Shown here: positions 47,760-60,299 of the stretch, piece by piece | Position numbering within the stretch: position 1 is the stretch's first letter | Layout: every line of letters begins with the position of its first letter | DNA from: Podarcis filfolensis | Lineage: Eukaryota | Assembly (NCBI GenBank): GCA_964270895.1 | Contig: OZ185442.1 | Length of the DNA: 64,000 bases | Reading direction: 5' to 3' (one strand) | Made by a program: the position numbers and the translations under genes | The notes under the pieces: model-generated | Databases searched by the model: none | What the model was told of the DNA's origin: nothing | The model's input: the letters and a program-made list of their open reading frames with translations, nothing else

Positions 47760-48200
47760 GGTGCATGACACGGAGAAAGCGGATAGAGAAAAGTTCCCCC
47801 CACCTTTCTCATAATACTAGAACACACTGACATCCAAGAAAGCTGATGTAAGATTTAAGATTTAAGGTAAAGAAAAGGACTTCTTTATGAAGCATATTGT
47901 TAAACCATGGAGCTCACTCTCACAAGAGGCAGTGATGGCCACCAACCTAGATGACTTAAAAGAGGATCGGACAAATTCATGGAGGAGAGGGCTATTGATG
48001 GCTACTAGCCATGACGGCCTCCACAGTCAGGCAGAGCAATGCTTCTGAATATCATTTGCTAGAAACCACAGGAGGGGAGCGGGCTCTTGTGCTCAAATCC
48101 TGCTTGTGGGTTTCCCACAGACATCTGGTTGGCTCCTGTGGAAACTGTATGCTGAACTAGAGGGGCCATTGGCTTCATCCAGCAGGCTCTTCTTATGTGG
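47760..48200 (+). mobile_element. CR1 LINE 3' fragment
   Basis: ggagctcactctcacaagaggcagtgatggccaccaacctagatg...ccagcaggctcttcttatg. Confidence 0.8.
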
Positions 48201-48857
48201 GAAAGCACATCAAACAGCAGTATTCCTCAAGATACTACAGACTGGATATGGATTATGGCTAATGTCATGTGTACATGGCTTCAAACACCAGCAGTGGGAG
48301 TGCACTGGAGTCCAAGGGAAGTGTGAAGTGTGCACAGCCTAAGTGATGATGACGACAATGACAGTGGTGTGTCCTGGCTGGCCCCTGGTGGGAGAAGCTC
48401 ACTCCAGACCTTTGTCATCTCTCAAAATATCTTCACTGCTGTATCTTCTTCACAGGGTGGATGTAGCACAGTTTGGCTTTCAGTTGTTTCACTCATGGCA
48501 AACTTTTACAAAAACTGCCATTTTTCAGAAGGTCTTATTCCAGCCTTGATGCATCCTAACCACCTGTGCCCAAGGAGTGCGTTGTAGAAGAGTGCGAAAA
48601 AAAGCCTTAATAAATCCCACATTAAAATCAGATCTCAAATTCTGCAGTGAAGTTGTTCAAAAGGGAGCAGGATCGATACCAGTCTGTTCTCCTCCATTCT
48701 ATGTGTCAGCTTTATTGTTTCTAACAAAAAGTGAAATCAATAGCAAACGCTACTTATAGTTCATTTTCAAACGCTCAATAGCCACAATGCAATTTTGACC
48801 AACAGTTATGAATGATCTGTTATCTTGCCCATCCAATCTTCTGCTTTATAGTCTGCA

Positions 48858-48875
48858 GGCAAATCTCTTTGCATG

Positions 48876-48910
<35 letters not shown>
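48858..48910. repeat. (GT)n microsatellite
   Basis: Direct reading. Confidence 0.95.
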
Positions 48911-48911
<1 letters not shown>

Positions 48912-50119
48912 TGGGGTGTGTATGTGGATTGGTTTCATACATTGACTTTACTTCCCGCAATTCTGCAATAATCGTTCACAAATAGGCTAGGCTTGCTGAT
49001 CAATTCCATCATCTGAATGGAAGAGTTATTAATGCCTCTAAGCCTGGAGCCAAACTTTTCTGAACCATTAGCCATGCACCCCCATTGATTAAATAAACAA
49101 AGCATGGCCCCCTACCAACCAGCCAGTGATCTGAAGGTGAGCTGCTTTTCAAAGTTCCTGTTTTAATGTAATTATTATAGCAGCATGAGATGATTCTGCA
49201 ATTTCAACACAATAACTTCCCCTTGTTGCTATATGTGTCTCAATAGCCTATAGAGTGGCATCTCCTCTCTCAAACCCTTGGGGTTTTTTCCCCTCTCCCC
49301 CCTCCCCCAGCACATTACTTTCCACCATCAATGGAAATTTTTCGAGAAATGTTATGTTGGGGTTTTAACAAACAATATATATGCATAAAATGTTGTGTCC
49401 TCAGCACGGCTGTCCAGCCTAGGAGTATTTCATGGCAACCATCCTCTTTTACGAGATGTTGATCTCCCTTTGGGTGACTTGGAATAATTTGAGCTGTATT
49501 TTCTCTGGTGGTTGACAAGGGCTAGGCTCATAATCTTCCAAGTAAGGCAAGGCAGCTGTCCAGCAGAGCAAAGCGGGGAGGCAGTTCTGAAGTCAGCTTC
49601 CAGAAAGAGAGCTGCATTGTGGTGGTTGGCATTCAACAGTCTTGAGCGGCATTCGTCTGCTGTTATTGCAGCAAAAGCAAGAAAGTGCCCTGTGACTTAG
49701 ATGGGGCCCCACCCAACCAGCAGGTACCTGAAGATGGGCAATGTAGCAGCTTGATGGCTTTTACAGGAAGCCCTAACCCTAACCTTAACCCATCCTTCTG
49801 GATGCACAAAAAGGCACATATTCTGAAAGTTCTTTGGCCAGTGGTTTATTCTGAGGAGTAGTGCTGTCTTGGTTTTAATCTGTACATGGTGCTTAGTAAT
49901 TTTTAGGTGCCTTCATAAATGATAAATCATCATCATACTACTGCTACAGAAAGGAAGGCCTCAGGGTGTCACTGCCATCTCTGGTTTTGGTATCCAGTTT
50001 TAAGGGTGAGCCTTTCCCCATCTCCAGCGGGGGTATTTAGAGCAACAGAAAGAGTCCTCTTGGTAGTTTCTCCACCCTCAGAAGCTTGGGGAGGTACTGG
50101 TAGCCCAGGAGAGGGCAGT

Positions 50120-50355
50120 CTCTGTGGTGGCCCCTAAGCTGTGAAACCCGCTTCCCATAGAGATGCATCAGGCAACTCCATGATAGAGTTTTTGGTGAAT
50201 GACGAAGCAATTCCTCTGTACCTTTGATACCATAAATCCCTATTTTTGTGATTGTAAATTTTTAATAGATGTTTTATATGTTTTATTTTAAATTATTGTA
50301 ACCCACCCTGGGATTTCAGGGTGAAGAGTGGGCAAGAAATTAAATTATTATTATT
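50120..50355 (+). mobile_element. L2 LINE 3' end
   Basis: tgtggtggcccctaagctgtgaaac...ttgtaacccaccctggg...gggcaagaaattaaattattattatt. Confidence 0.65.
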
Positions 50356-50848
50356 GCCCGTAATAGTAGTAAATGAGAAATACTAAGGTTTAGCTCAGCA
50401 CAGTGCTAAGAATGGAAACCTGGTCCAATTTGCATCCACCTAACTGCATGTTTTTCAAAATTTATGTGGGCTAATTCAGAAATAACCATATCTAAGCCTA
50501 CAAATTAGAAACATAGCTGCATCCAAGTTGCAATTTACATACCTTTAAAAGCAAACATTATGTATCACCTACAGCAATGGGGTGGAAAAGAGGTGCAAAA
50601 ATGGGGTAATTTCCATGCATCAAAATGTCCTCTTAGCATAGCTAATCACTCTGGGGAGTTTGCTGGCCAATTTGACATTTTCCCTCTTGGATGGAAGCGC
50701 CATTCCTAGTCTCTAGTCCCACAGTCTCTAGTCCCACAGCTGGAATTGCAGCATTTTGCTTGAAAACAGAGAGGAGCAGGAGAATGCAACCATTTTAACA
50801 GTGATAGGTGAGCAAAGGGAAATCTTGAATCTTTATTCAGTGGCATAT

Positions 50849-51421
50849 TGTTGCATGCCACCCCAATCTTGGAGCAGTGGGATAATCCAGGGGTTCCAGG
50901 GGTTTTCCCAGGTTTGGTTTCTTTGGAATGAAGGTCAGTGGAGACTGTGGTGTCTTTAGAAAACACGGTGTATTTACACATATATACAACCTGAGCATAA
51001 GATGGAGGGGCTCATACCATTAGCATCTCAACAGATTTTGCTTCTCCATTAGTCACAGTCTTGGATCCAGCACAGAGCAAGCATGTCTCTGTGTCTCCAG
51101 CTTCTAGCTTCTTTCCAGCTAATTCTCACACACTCTCTCTATTCTTCTCCTGTCTAGTAACCAGGTGAAGGGGGTAGAGGAAAGGCCCACTATCAGCCTC
51201 AGGGCATTGTCACTTAGTTGTGGCTCTAGCAACCTAGCTCATTCTTTTGCAATGCCAATGAGGGCACTCAGTTGGCCAGCTGAGGTCATTGTTTTACAGA
51301 CATGCTTCTTTGACCAGTTCAGCAACCTCATCTGCTAAATTCTAATCCTCACTGGGTGCAGGACCCCAAGTACTGGAAGGGTCTCAGGGCATCATCCAGA
51401 CTGACCTTCAAACCCACAACA
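50849..51421 (-). mobile_element. Solo LTR (Gypsy-like), 573 bp
   Basis: TGTTG...CAACA termini, exact 4-bp TSD atat (50845-50848, 51422-51425), homologous to 17285-18204. Confidence 0.8.
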
Positions 51422-52357
51422 ATATGCAGGGCAGAGAGAAAAGTGTCTGATGTGGCAGAGGTATCAAATTTCAGAATTATCTCATCAGAATTTTATTTCA
51501 TCAAAAAAAGATTTTAAAATAGTCCAAACTCTTAGGTCCTGTAAATAGGAATGGGGTTAGGAACTTTTGATCTGAATGAAAAAGACATGCATTTAGATAC
51601 GTATGTTTCCAGCAGTTCAGCAACTAAGAGTTACCCTAATGTCATTAGTTGTCCTAGTGCTTAAAAGGACCATCCTGCTCACTCAGGGCTGAGATATTAT
51701 TCAGATGTCCAACTCCAAAAAGGAGCCTCATTATAAGGGCATTGGGGTTGAACAAGGAAGCACAGTATGTGGGAGTATGGGGAATGGGGAGCCTCTACTG
51801 TACTTTACTCCCAGGGCAGCCAGCAACTGTCAATAATGCCAGGATCTTTATGGGAGGAGGAAGTAAAGGACAGGAGGCATGTTCTATACTACATGGGGAC
51901 AGCAGGGAAACAACAGCTCGGGAAGAAGGAAAAAAACCTGAAGTTGCTTAGAAGGTGCATTGATGCAAATGCAGCCATAGCATCCTTTGATCTGATGAGC
52001 ATCTTAAGTGCAACTATGAAGGAGAAGTAACGTGCTTACTCCTGCAGTCTGGAACAGCTCGGGGTTGGGGGGGTCGACCTTCTCCTAGCTTGCGCCTGGC
52101 TTGGAGGAGAAAACACTTGATACTTCCTCTCAAAGAGGTTATTTACAAGGGCTCTTGTAGCCGGAATCAATGCACTGGATCTGGTGAAGTATGGCTTCAA
52201 TTTTCCCTTGAAAAACTTGGATCCGAGAATGCTGATTCTGCAGGTCCTCCTTGCCACTCAGTGTGCTCTTGAAAGAGGCCAAGGCTTGAACAGCCAGTGA
52301 GAGAGGCACTAGGAATCCAGCTAGAAATACCTTGGACATTGATGGACTCTTTTCAAT

Positions 52358-52612
52358 GAGAGCCAGTGTGGTGTAGTGGTTAAGAGTGGTAGTCTCGTAA
52401 TCTGGGGTACCGGGTTCGCGTCCCCGCTCCTCCACATGCAGCTGCTGGGTGACCTTGGGCCTGTCACACTTCTCTGAAGTCTTTCAGCCCCACTCACCTC
52501 ACAGAGTGTTTGTTGTGGGGGAGGAAGGGAAAGGAGAATGTTAGCCGCTTTGAGACCCCTTAAAGGGAGTGAAAGGCGGGATATCAAATCCAAACTCTTC
52601 TTCTTCTTCTTC
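52358..52612 (+). mobile_element. Squam3-type (Ther1/MIR-derived) SINE, young and full length
   Basis: gagagccagtgtggtgtagtggttaagag (A box), gggttcgcgtcc (B box), MIR-like core gggtgaccttgggc, (TTC)n tail. Family name from memory of lacertid SINE literature. Confidence 0.85.
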
Positions 52613-53129
52613 TTTTTAAACAGAGGTTGGATGGCCATCTTTACCCATGATTCCTGCATTGCAGGGGGTTGGGTCCCTTCCAACTCTACAGTTCTATGAC
52701 TGAGAGGACTGCTAGTTCAGTTCTCAATTCTACCCCTCCATTTATTCCTTGCTGAATTAGCCTAAGCTGCTTTCCCATGAACTGCCCTTGATAAATGGGA
52801 GCTGCAACTGATATAAAGTGAAGTGGCCTTCCTCCTGGAGATGGGCTAGTAGGCACAATTATGACCCATTACTCCATCACCTTTCAGGGGAAAACAATAT
52901 CCTTTTTTTAACCCATGAAGCTTGAAATGTTCTGTACGTTATGTCCCTGAGAAATTGCCACCTCTCCTCTGCCCTGAGTCATCTCTCAGGTTTTTACTAT
53001 GCTCTGGGTGTGTAGGAGTCCATGACAGATAAGGAACTACAGGAGCAGAGCCTCTAGCAGCCCTCCCATAGCTTGGTGCTGTGCTGCGGATTTATGAAAT
53101 AGGATCTCCTTCCTTCCTGCCCATAGAGC

Positions 53130-53700
53130 AACTATATAGAGTCATGCTGCTTTGCTAGATACCATCTACAAAAAAAGGTCCCGGGTTGATTCGCAACACA
53201 AAAGATTAAAAATGTTGGTGAGTACTATGAACACAGACTGGGTGAAGTTGTTGTTGCTCTCAGCCATGCAGAAAAGGACTCTGGGAATCCGTGGCCTGTT
53301 TGCGTCCCCAATTGCCTCCTTGAGACCGGGCTGTAGCGGCAGCAAACTCTGGTTGGAGACCTGCGCTCCCGCCCATGATGGAAGGTCAGGGCATGTATCA
53401 AAGCTATGTTATTAGAGCTAATGCTGCTCTCTCACACGCCAGTTAATTTGCCATCATGATGAGGCACTTAGAAGAAACAGCTATTAGAGCTCTCTCTTCC
53501 TGGAAAGGCTAATTGCCAGTGCAGCTCAGATGAGGCTGGGCCCAGCCAGAAAAAAAGGCCAGTGTTCACCTTCATGAGAGTGTCAGTAATTTGGGGTTAA
53601 AGGCCTGAAAGAGCTGTTGACCCCCTCGAAATGACTGTGTTTGTAGACAATTCCACTGGCAAGAATGCCTCTTTCTCCTTTTCTTCCCCTTGAATAATAG
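53130..53700. promoter_or_regulatory. Candidate conserved non-coding block / possible non-coding exon
   Basis: CpG retention, TAAT cores, strong donor TTG|gtgagt at 53217/53218. Confidence 0.35.
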
Positions 53701-54795
53701 GTATTTGCCCAAAGATGCTCACGTGTTCGTGTGTATGTGTGTGTTTTAAAGTATTCTGCTGCCTGTTGAATGATAATCTCCTTCTTAGATCATCCTTTTG
53801 CTCTGGAAAATATTGTAATGACTTGAGACCAGAAGATTATCATCAGCTTTAGGTGAAGAACAACCAGCTGCATGCACTCGAAAAAAGCATTTATTTTAAA
53901 AATATGTTGTTTACTCCTTGTTTTGGCAAATGGGAGTCTGTACAGGATGAAGATGGTTCTTCCCCTCACATTCATGCATGAGGCATCCTCCTTCAGGAAA
54001 ACAACCCCCATTTCTCTTCTTTGCCATGGTTAATGGAGAGAAAAGAGAGAGAGAGATAAGGAGCTAATAAAGAGCTAAGTACGGAACCCAGAAAAAAGGG
54101 CCCAAGTAAGCCTGGACGAGTCCACATTGCCTCAGTTTCCCACCTTCAAACCAAATAGAGTGATCTCAAGGTGAGTGGGAGGGAAAACTCTAGGGGCTTA
54201 TTTAATATACCAGCCTAGTCAGCACCAATATTAATGCTTTCCCTCTGTAAAGTTGGGCTTACCCAATACAGGGATAATTTAACAAGTTTCGGGAAAGACT
54301 CTCATACAACAATCCCCCATGAAGCCATGACCCTAACTGGGCAATCTTGGACCTATCATCATTCCACAACCTGTCCTACCTCATGGAGTTGTTGGGAGGG
54401 TGAAAGGCAGGTGGGGTGGATCCATGGAAGAGAACAATAAATGCAATACGGAATATGCAAATGATTTGGCCATCCTTTCTAGAGAGAATTGGGTGTCTTT
54501 ATGAGTACTCAGACAGTTTCCCAGGCATCTACGCCTGAAGAAAGGATGCCCCAATCAAAGGGGCTGTGGCACTCTTGTAGTGAGAACCCACCGGCAAGAC
54601 AGAAACATCTGTTCTCAACCTTCCTTTCCTGTTTTAATGCAACAATTTGAGTCATGTGGCTCCAGCTAAAATAGCTTTGCTTCCATTTGCATCTGCAGGT
54701 TCGCTAATTCGAAATGTTTGTTGATTTGGGTTCTTTAAAAAATGCTTTAAAAATTAGTGAAAAACTGTTTATAGTTCTGTTGAGACCATGATTTT

Positions 54796-54910
54796 GCCTG
54801 GATAGTTCAGTTGGTACAGCATCACAAGGGTGTGGGTTTGAATCTCATGTTGGGCAAAAGATCCCTGCATTGCAAGGGGTTGGACTAGATGACCCTCATG
54901 GTTCTTTCCA
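54796..54910 (+). mobile_element. tRNA-headed SINE with CR1-type tail (degenerate)
   Basis: gatagttcagttggtacagcat...gggtttgaatctcatgttgggcaaaagatccctgcattgcaaggggttggactagatgacc. Confidence 0.65.
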
Positions 54911-55571
54911 GCTCTATTAATTAATTGTTACTGTTTTGAATTTTATTGTGTTTCTTCTTAGTGGGTTGTGCAAATAGCTATTCTGATAATTATTTTTAAG
55001 GTAGGGTAGGGGGCACTAGTGATGAAATTATAGAACCAAGAGTAGCCCTAAAAAGTTTGGGAACCTCTGTTCTAATGTGTACATAGCCTTTGTCTCCTTG
55101 CATGTGCATCCTCTGCTACTGAAACATCAGCCAGAACTGAGCCACTGCTTTTTTTGTGCTGGATGCACAGCTGTTTATGATGAGCTAACTATTTTGTGTG
55201 CTGACCTGAGCAGCCAACAGGACCATGTTAGAACTGAAAACCAATTGGGAGGGTGGGGGGGAGAGAACACTCTCACACTCTTAAGTTTTAAGTCAGCATC
55301 TGAAAACACACAGCTCAGCTGTCAAATTCTTGAAATTCAAGGTTTGGTTTCCAGAACTTAAAATGCAGAGGATAAAGTGCATTTTCCACTTTGGGAAGAG
55401 CCAAGGGAAAGGGAGGCAAGCTTTCCCCAGGGACCCTGCTGGAACTCAGCTATTCCTTCCTGCTCTAGGGAAAACTGCCATTCTGCCAGCCTCAATCGCC
55501 CACCCGCCGCACCCTGGCCAAAAGAGGATGGGGAGCAATTTGCCCCTGCTTCCTTCAAAGCACAGCCACCT

Positions 55572-57590
55572 TTAGATTTGGTGGACAGAGTGCCTGAAAA
55601 ACTATGGATAGAGGCTTGTAACATTATACAGGAGGCAGCAGCAAAAACCATCCCAGTGAAAAGGAAATGCAAGAAAGCAAAGTGGCTGCCCAACGAGGCC
55701 TTACAAATAGCGGGGGAGAGATGGCAAGCAAAATGCGAGGGAGATAGTGAAAGATACAGGAAATTGAATGCAGATTTCCAAAAAATAGCAAGGAGAGACA
55801 AGAGGGCCTTCTTAAATGAGCAATACAAAGAAACAGAGGGAAACAACAGAATGGGAAAAACCAGAGATCTGTTCAAGAAAATTGGAGATATGAAAGAACT
55901 TTTCGTACAAAGATTACCATAATAAAGGACAAAAGTGCTAAGGACCTAACAGAAGCAGAAGACATCAAGAAGAGGTGGCAAGAATACACAGAGGAATTAT
56001 ACCAGAAAGATATGGATGTCTCTTACACCCCAGGTAGTGTGGTTGCTGACCTTGAGCCAGGCATCCTGGAGAGTGAAGTCAAATGGGCCTTAGAAAGCAC
56101 TGCTAATAACAAGGCCAGTGGAAGTGATGATATTCCAGCTGAACTATTAATTTTTTAAAAAGATAATGCTGTTAAGGTGCTATACTCAATATGCCAGCAA
56201 GTTTGGAAAACTCAGCAGTGGCCAGAGGATTGGAGAAGATCAGTCTACATCTTGCTCCCAAAGAAGGGCAGTGCCAGAGAATGCTCCAACTACCGCACAG
56301 TTGCACTCATTTCACATGCTAGCAAGGTTATGCTTAAAATTCTACAAGGCAGGCTTAAGCAGTATCTGGACCAAGAACTCCCAGAAGTGCAAGCTGGATT
56401 TCAAAGGAGCAGAGGAACCAGAGACCAAATTGCAAACATGTGATGGATTATGAAGAAAGCTAGAGAGTTCCAGAAAAACATCTACTTCTGCTTCATTAAC
56501 TACACAAAAGCATTTAACTGTGTCAACCACAGCAAACTATGGCAAGTTCTTAAAGAAATGGGAGTGCCTGATCACCTCATCTGTCTCCTGAGAAATCTCT
56601 ATGTGGGACAAGAAGCTACAGTTAGAACTGGATATGGAACAACTGATTGGTTCAAAATTGGGAAAGGAGTACGACAAGGCTGTATATTGTCTCCCTGCTT
56701 ATTTAACATATATGCAGAATTCATCATGCGAAAGGCTGGGCTGGATGAATCCCAAGCCGGAATTAAGATTGCCGGAAGAAATATCAACAACCTCAGATAC
56801 GCAGATGACACAACCTTGATGGCAGAAAGTGAGGAGGAATTAAAGAACCTTTTATTGAGGGTGAAAGAGGAGAGCACAAAATATGGTCTGAAGCTCAACA
56901 TCAAAAAAATGAAGATTATGGCCCATCTGGTCCCATCTGGTCCCATCACCTCCTGGCAAACAGAAGGGGAAGAAATGGAGGCAGTGAGAGATTTTACTTT
57001 CTTGGGTTCCATGATCACTGCAGATGGTGACAGCAGTCACGAAATTAAAAGACGCCTGCTTCTTGGGAGAAAAGCAGTGACAAACCTAGACAGCATCTTA
57101 AAAAGCAGAGACATCACCTTGCTGACAAAGGTCCGTATAGTTAAAGCTATGGTTTTCCCAGTAGTGATGTATGGAAGTGAAAGCTGGACCATAAAGAAGG
57201 CTGATGGCCGAAGAATTGTGCTTTTGAATTATGGTGCTGGAGGAGACTCTTGAGAGTCCCATGGACTGCAAGAAGATCAAACCTATCCATTCTGAAGGAA
57301 ATCAGCCCTGAGTGCTCACTGGAAGGACAGATCCTGAAGCTGAGACTCCAATACTTTGGCCACCTCATGAGAAGAGAAGACTCCCTGGAAAAGACCCTGA
57401 TGCTGGGAAAGATGGAAGGCACAAGGAGAAGGAGACGACAGAGGACGAGATGGTTGGACAGTGTTCTTGAAGCTACTAACATGAGTTTGACCAAACTGCG
57501 GGAGGCAGTGGAAGACAGGAGTGCCTGGCGTGCTCTGGTCCATGGGGTCATGAAGAGTCGGACACGACTAAACAACAACAACAACAAAAC
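55572..57590 (+). mobile_element. Bov-B (RTE clade) LINE, 5'-truncated, about 2 kb, inactivated RT ORF
   Basis: DRVPE.LW, AKWL, KRWQEYTEELY, NYRT.ALISHASK.MLKILQ.RL, GVRQGCILSPCLFN, YADD (56798-56809), LGRKA.TNLDS; 3' end gagtcggacacgactaaac(aac)n. Frameshifts near 55897, 56150 and 57222, a stop near 56441, and a 10-bp duplication near 56925-56945. Confidence 0.97.
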
Positions 57591-57999
57591 AGGTGCTCCA
57601 TCCCCCCGTTTGATTTGAGAGTGAAAGACCATGGAAATGTGTGGCAAGGGGGGAATCCATGGAGAGCAAGTTGTGAGCAAGCTCAGTTGGTGACATTGCA
57701 CATCATTACCGATGTCAGGACTTGCCTGTTAATACATCAGTCTTAGGGCTCATCCATACTTTCACTTGTACACTGCCCTGGTTTGTCCATCAGCCATGCA
57801 AGTTGGAGGTGCTGGGAGCTGTAGTCTGGAACCTCTGGAGGGCATCAAGTTGGCAAAGGCTGATCTACTCCAAATGGCTGCGGTTTCCCAAGGTATTTCT
57901 CCACTTTGCCACCCAAGATCTTTTAGTCTGTAGAAGATGGAATTTGGATTTGGTACTTCTAGTCCTAAGCTATGTCCTCCACCCCAAGACTTGAGAATG

Positions 58000-58150
58000 G
58001 GCATGCAGCCACCTTACACTGAGTCAGATCATTGGTCTGTCAAGCCCTGGTTTGTCTCTATCTGACGGTTACTGCCTCTCCAAGATGGTGGCAGTTGCAC
58101 TACCAGTGATTCCTTTAAATGGAGACTAGATGAATTGAACCTGGGACCTG
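58000..58150 (-). mobile_element. Squam2-like SINE, degenerate
   Basis: gcagccaccttacactgagtcagatcattggtc...ctctccaag...attgaacctgggacct. Confidence 0.6.
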
Positions 58151-58950
58151 ATGAAAGCCTACAAAAAGGGTACCCTATCCATTTAAAAATTATATACACA
58201 GAATTCTAATGTATTATCACCAAGGTGTCATGAGATACAGTGAAAATGTCTAGATCTACAGCCCAAAGTGTTGTTCCCTATTCACTAGAACCCATGTCAG
58301 TCAGGGTGGCATCAGTGATGAACAGGCCTCAACAAGATCAATGAAGCAGAGAATTCACACAAACTCCTTTCCCTATAAAGATTACAGTGTTGCGAGTTTT
58401 GTTAGCTCAACCCTGCAAATTTACATGTCGTTTCCCATCTGCTGTGTTGAGCGGAATCCCATCCTGGGGCTTGTAGTCAAGAAAACAGATGGAAGTTTTC
58501 TTTCTTAAAACCTGTGGGGGACAAAGGAAGAAGAGGAGGAGGAGCCCTGGAACTGGATTTTGGGGGGTATTTCAAGCAGATTAACCCCCTTGTGTACCTA
58601 AGGTATTTGTGCCTCTAACAAGAAATCAAAATTGTGGAAATTCACTTTTCTGCCTTTTATGGGGGAGCATGTTTCACTACTTATGGATTACAGTGAAAAA
58701 GACAGAGGGAAGTTTCAAATACAGGACAGTGGCTGTATCTCCCAGCCAAGGAGAAAGGTTTGCATTAGGACTGTGCATGACATTTATAAGACTTACCTGG
58801 AAGGTAAGCCTTGGCAGGACTCAGAGGGGATCAGTTCCAAGCAGGAAGCAGAGCATGGGACAGAGGGAAGTAGAGGCCAGGTGTGACTTGGCAACACCAC
58901 AGATAGCATGCAAAGAGTGAAGATGGTAAAACTCTTCCTGGAATGTAAAA

Positions 58951-59290
58951 TAAGAGAATTGTAGAGTTGGAAGGGACTCCCAGAGTCATCTGGTCCCACC
59001 CCCTGCTCTGCAGGAATCAAAGCTGCAGAATCCCTGACAGATGGCCGTCCAACCTCTGCTAAAAACAACCTCCAATGAAGGATAATCCATTACCTTCCAA
59101 AGGAATCTGTTCCACTGCTGAACAACTCTTATTGTCAAGAATGTCTTCCTAAAGTTTAGTTGGAATTTCCTCTGGAGCAGCAGAAAACAAGCTTGCTCCA
59201 TCTTCATTTGAAGATGGCTATAATATCACCTCTCAGTCTTTTCTTTTCCAAGCTAAACATGCCCAGTTCCATAAATCTTGTTTTTCAGAC
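58951..59290 (-). mobile_element. CR1 3' fragment
   Basis: agaattgtagagttggaaggg...gatggccgtccaacctctg...ttccactgctgaacaactcttattgtcaagaatgtcttcc. Confidence 0.8.
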
Positions 59291-59937
59291 CTTTTCTCAT
59301 AATACTTCAATGCATCTTAAGATAGCCATTGGTGATGGGGTTGCAAGTGTGGATAGTGCACATGAAAATGTAGCCCAGCAGGAAGTGCAGAAGGGCACAG
59401 GGGGCTGTCTGACGGCAGAGATGCCAACCCACAGACACAGCCATTCCATTGATTTGCAGAGTCTTCTGGTCTCTGATTGACAATGCTTGTTTTGCTAATT
59501 AAGTTTAGAATTCTCAGAACCTAAGCATTGCCAGTTCTGCCCCCTATATCACCACAGTTATGTTGGCAATCACATTAATATCTGCAGCCAATTAAGTTAT
59601 TCCCACCAGTCAAGAAACTAAGATTTGGCCTTCTGCGTGAGTAAATATTCTGTCTTGCAATTTTCCCTTCCTGCATTTATCCCCCTGACACTTTTAAAAT
59701 ATTAGATAAACACCAGATTGTTCTGAGATAATTAACAAAGAACTGACTCTATTCTTCAGAAACAGTGCTACTGCTTAATACGTAGTGCATAGATTCACCA
59801 CCCACATTTCTTCTCCCAGCCCACAAATATATCATGCTGAACAATCCATGGAAATAGAAGCTGCATGCACTTGTTGCTACCAAGGAGATGCAATCAAGTC
59901 CACATCTTTTGAAAATTCCAGTGGATGGTTGTGGATA

Positions 59938-60178
59938 CAGTCAAACCTTGGCTGTCAAACGTAATCCATTCTGGAAGACCATTCGACTTCCGAAACATTC
60001 AGCAACTGAGGATCAAAGGGCAGGCGGCAAACTCAATAGAGAAAAAAGAAGAAAACGCCCTGGAAGCTGTTCGGTTTCCAAAAATGGTTTGAAAACCAGA
60101 GCAGTTACTTCCGGGTTTTTGTCGTTCAGGAGCCGAAACGTTCCAAAATGGAGGTGTTTGGGAGCTGAGGTTTGACTG
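59938..60178. mobile_element. Tigger/pogo-like MITE
   Basis: cagtcaaacct...aggtttgactg termini with TA on both sides. Confidence 0.88.
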
Positions 60179-60251
60179 TATCAGGAAATGTGTTACGTTC
60201 CAAAATGGAGGTGTTTGGGAGCTGAGGTTTGACTGTATCTGGAAATGTGTT
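60138..60251. repeat. 57-bp tandem duplication spanning the MITE right end
   Basis: acgttccaaaatggaggtgtttgggagctgaggtttgactgtatc(a/t)ggaaatgtgtt at 60138-60194 and 60195-60251. Confidence 0.95.
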
Positions 60252-60299
60252 CCACTGGAGGCAATTTGAGGAATACAGCTGAACCTGGGGTGGGGAAAG

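Noticed and set aside
49771-49791. Interstitial telomeric repeat
   Set aside because: Only CCCTAA x2 plus CCTTAA and CCC; too short to infer a fusion or telomerase event.
17285-51421. The two LTRs as ends of one 34-kb provirus
   Set aside because: The right LTR has its own ATAT TSD, there is no gag/pol between them, and the spacing is far too long.
55377-55571. N-terminal part of the 181-aa ORF as a host-TE fusion gene
   Set aside because: The upstream ATG is simply in frame with the truncated Bov-B; there is no promoter or splice support.
57147-57701. 184-aa minus-strand ORF
   Set aside because: Antisense shadow of the Bov-B 3' region.
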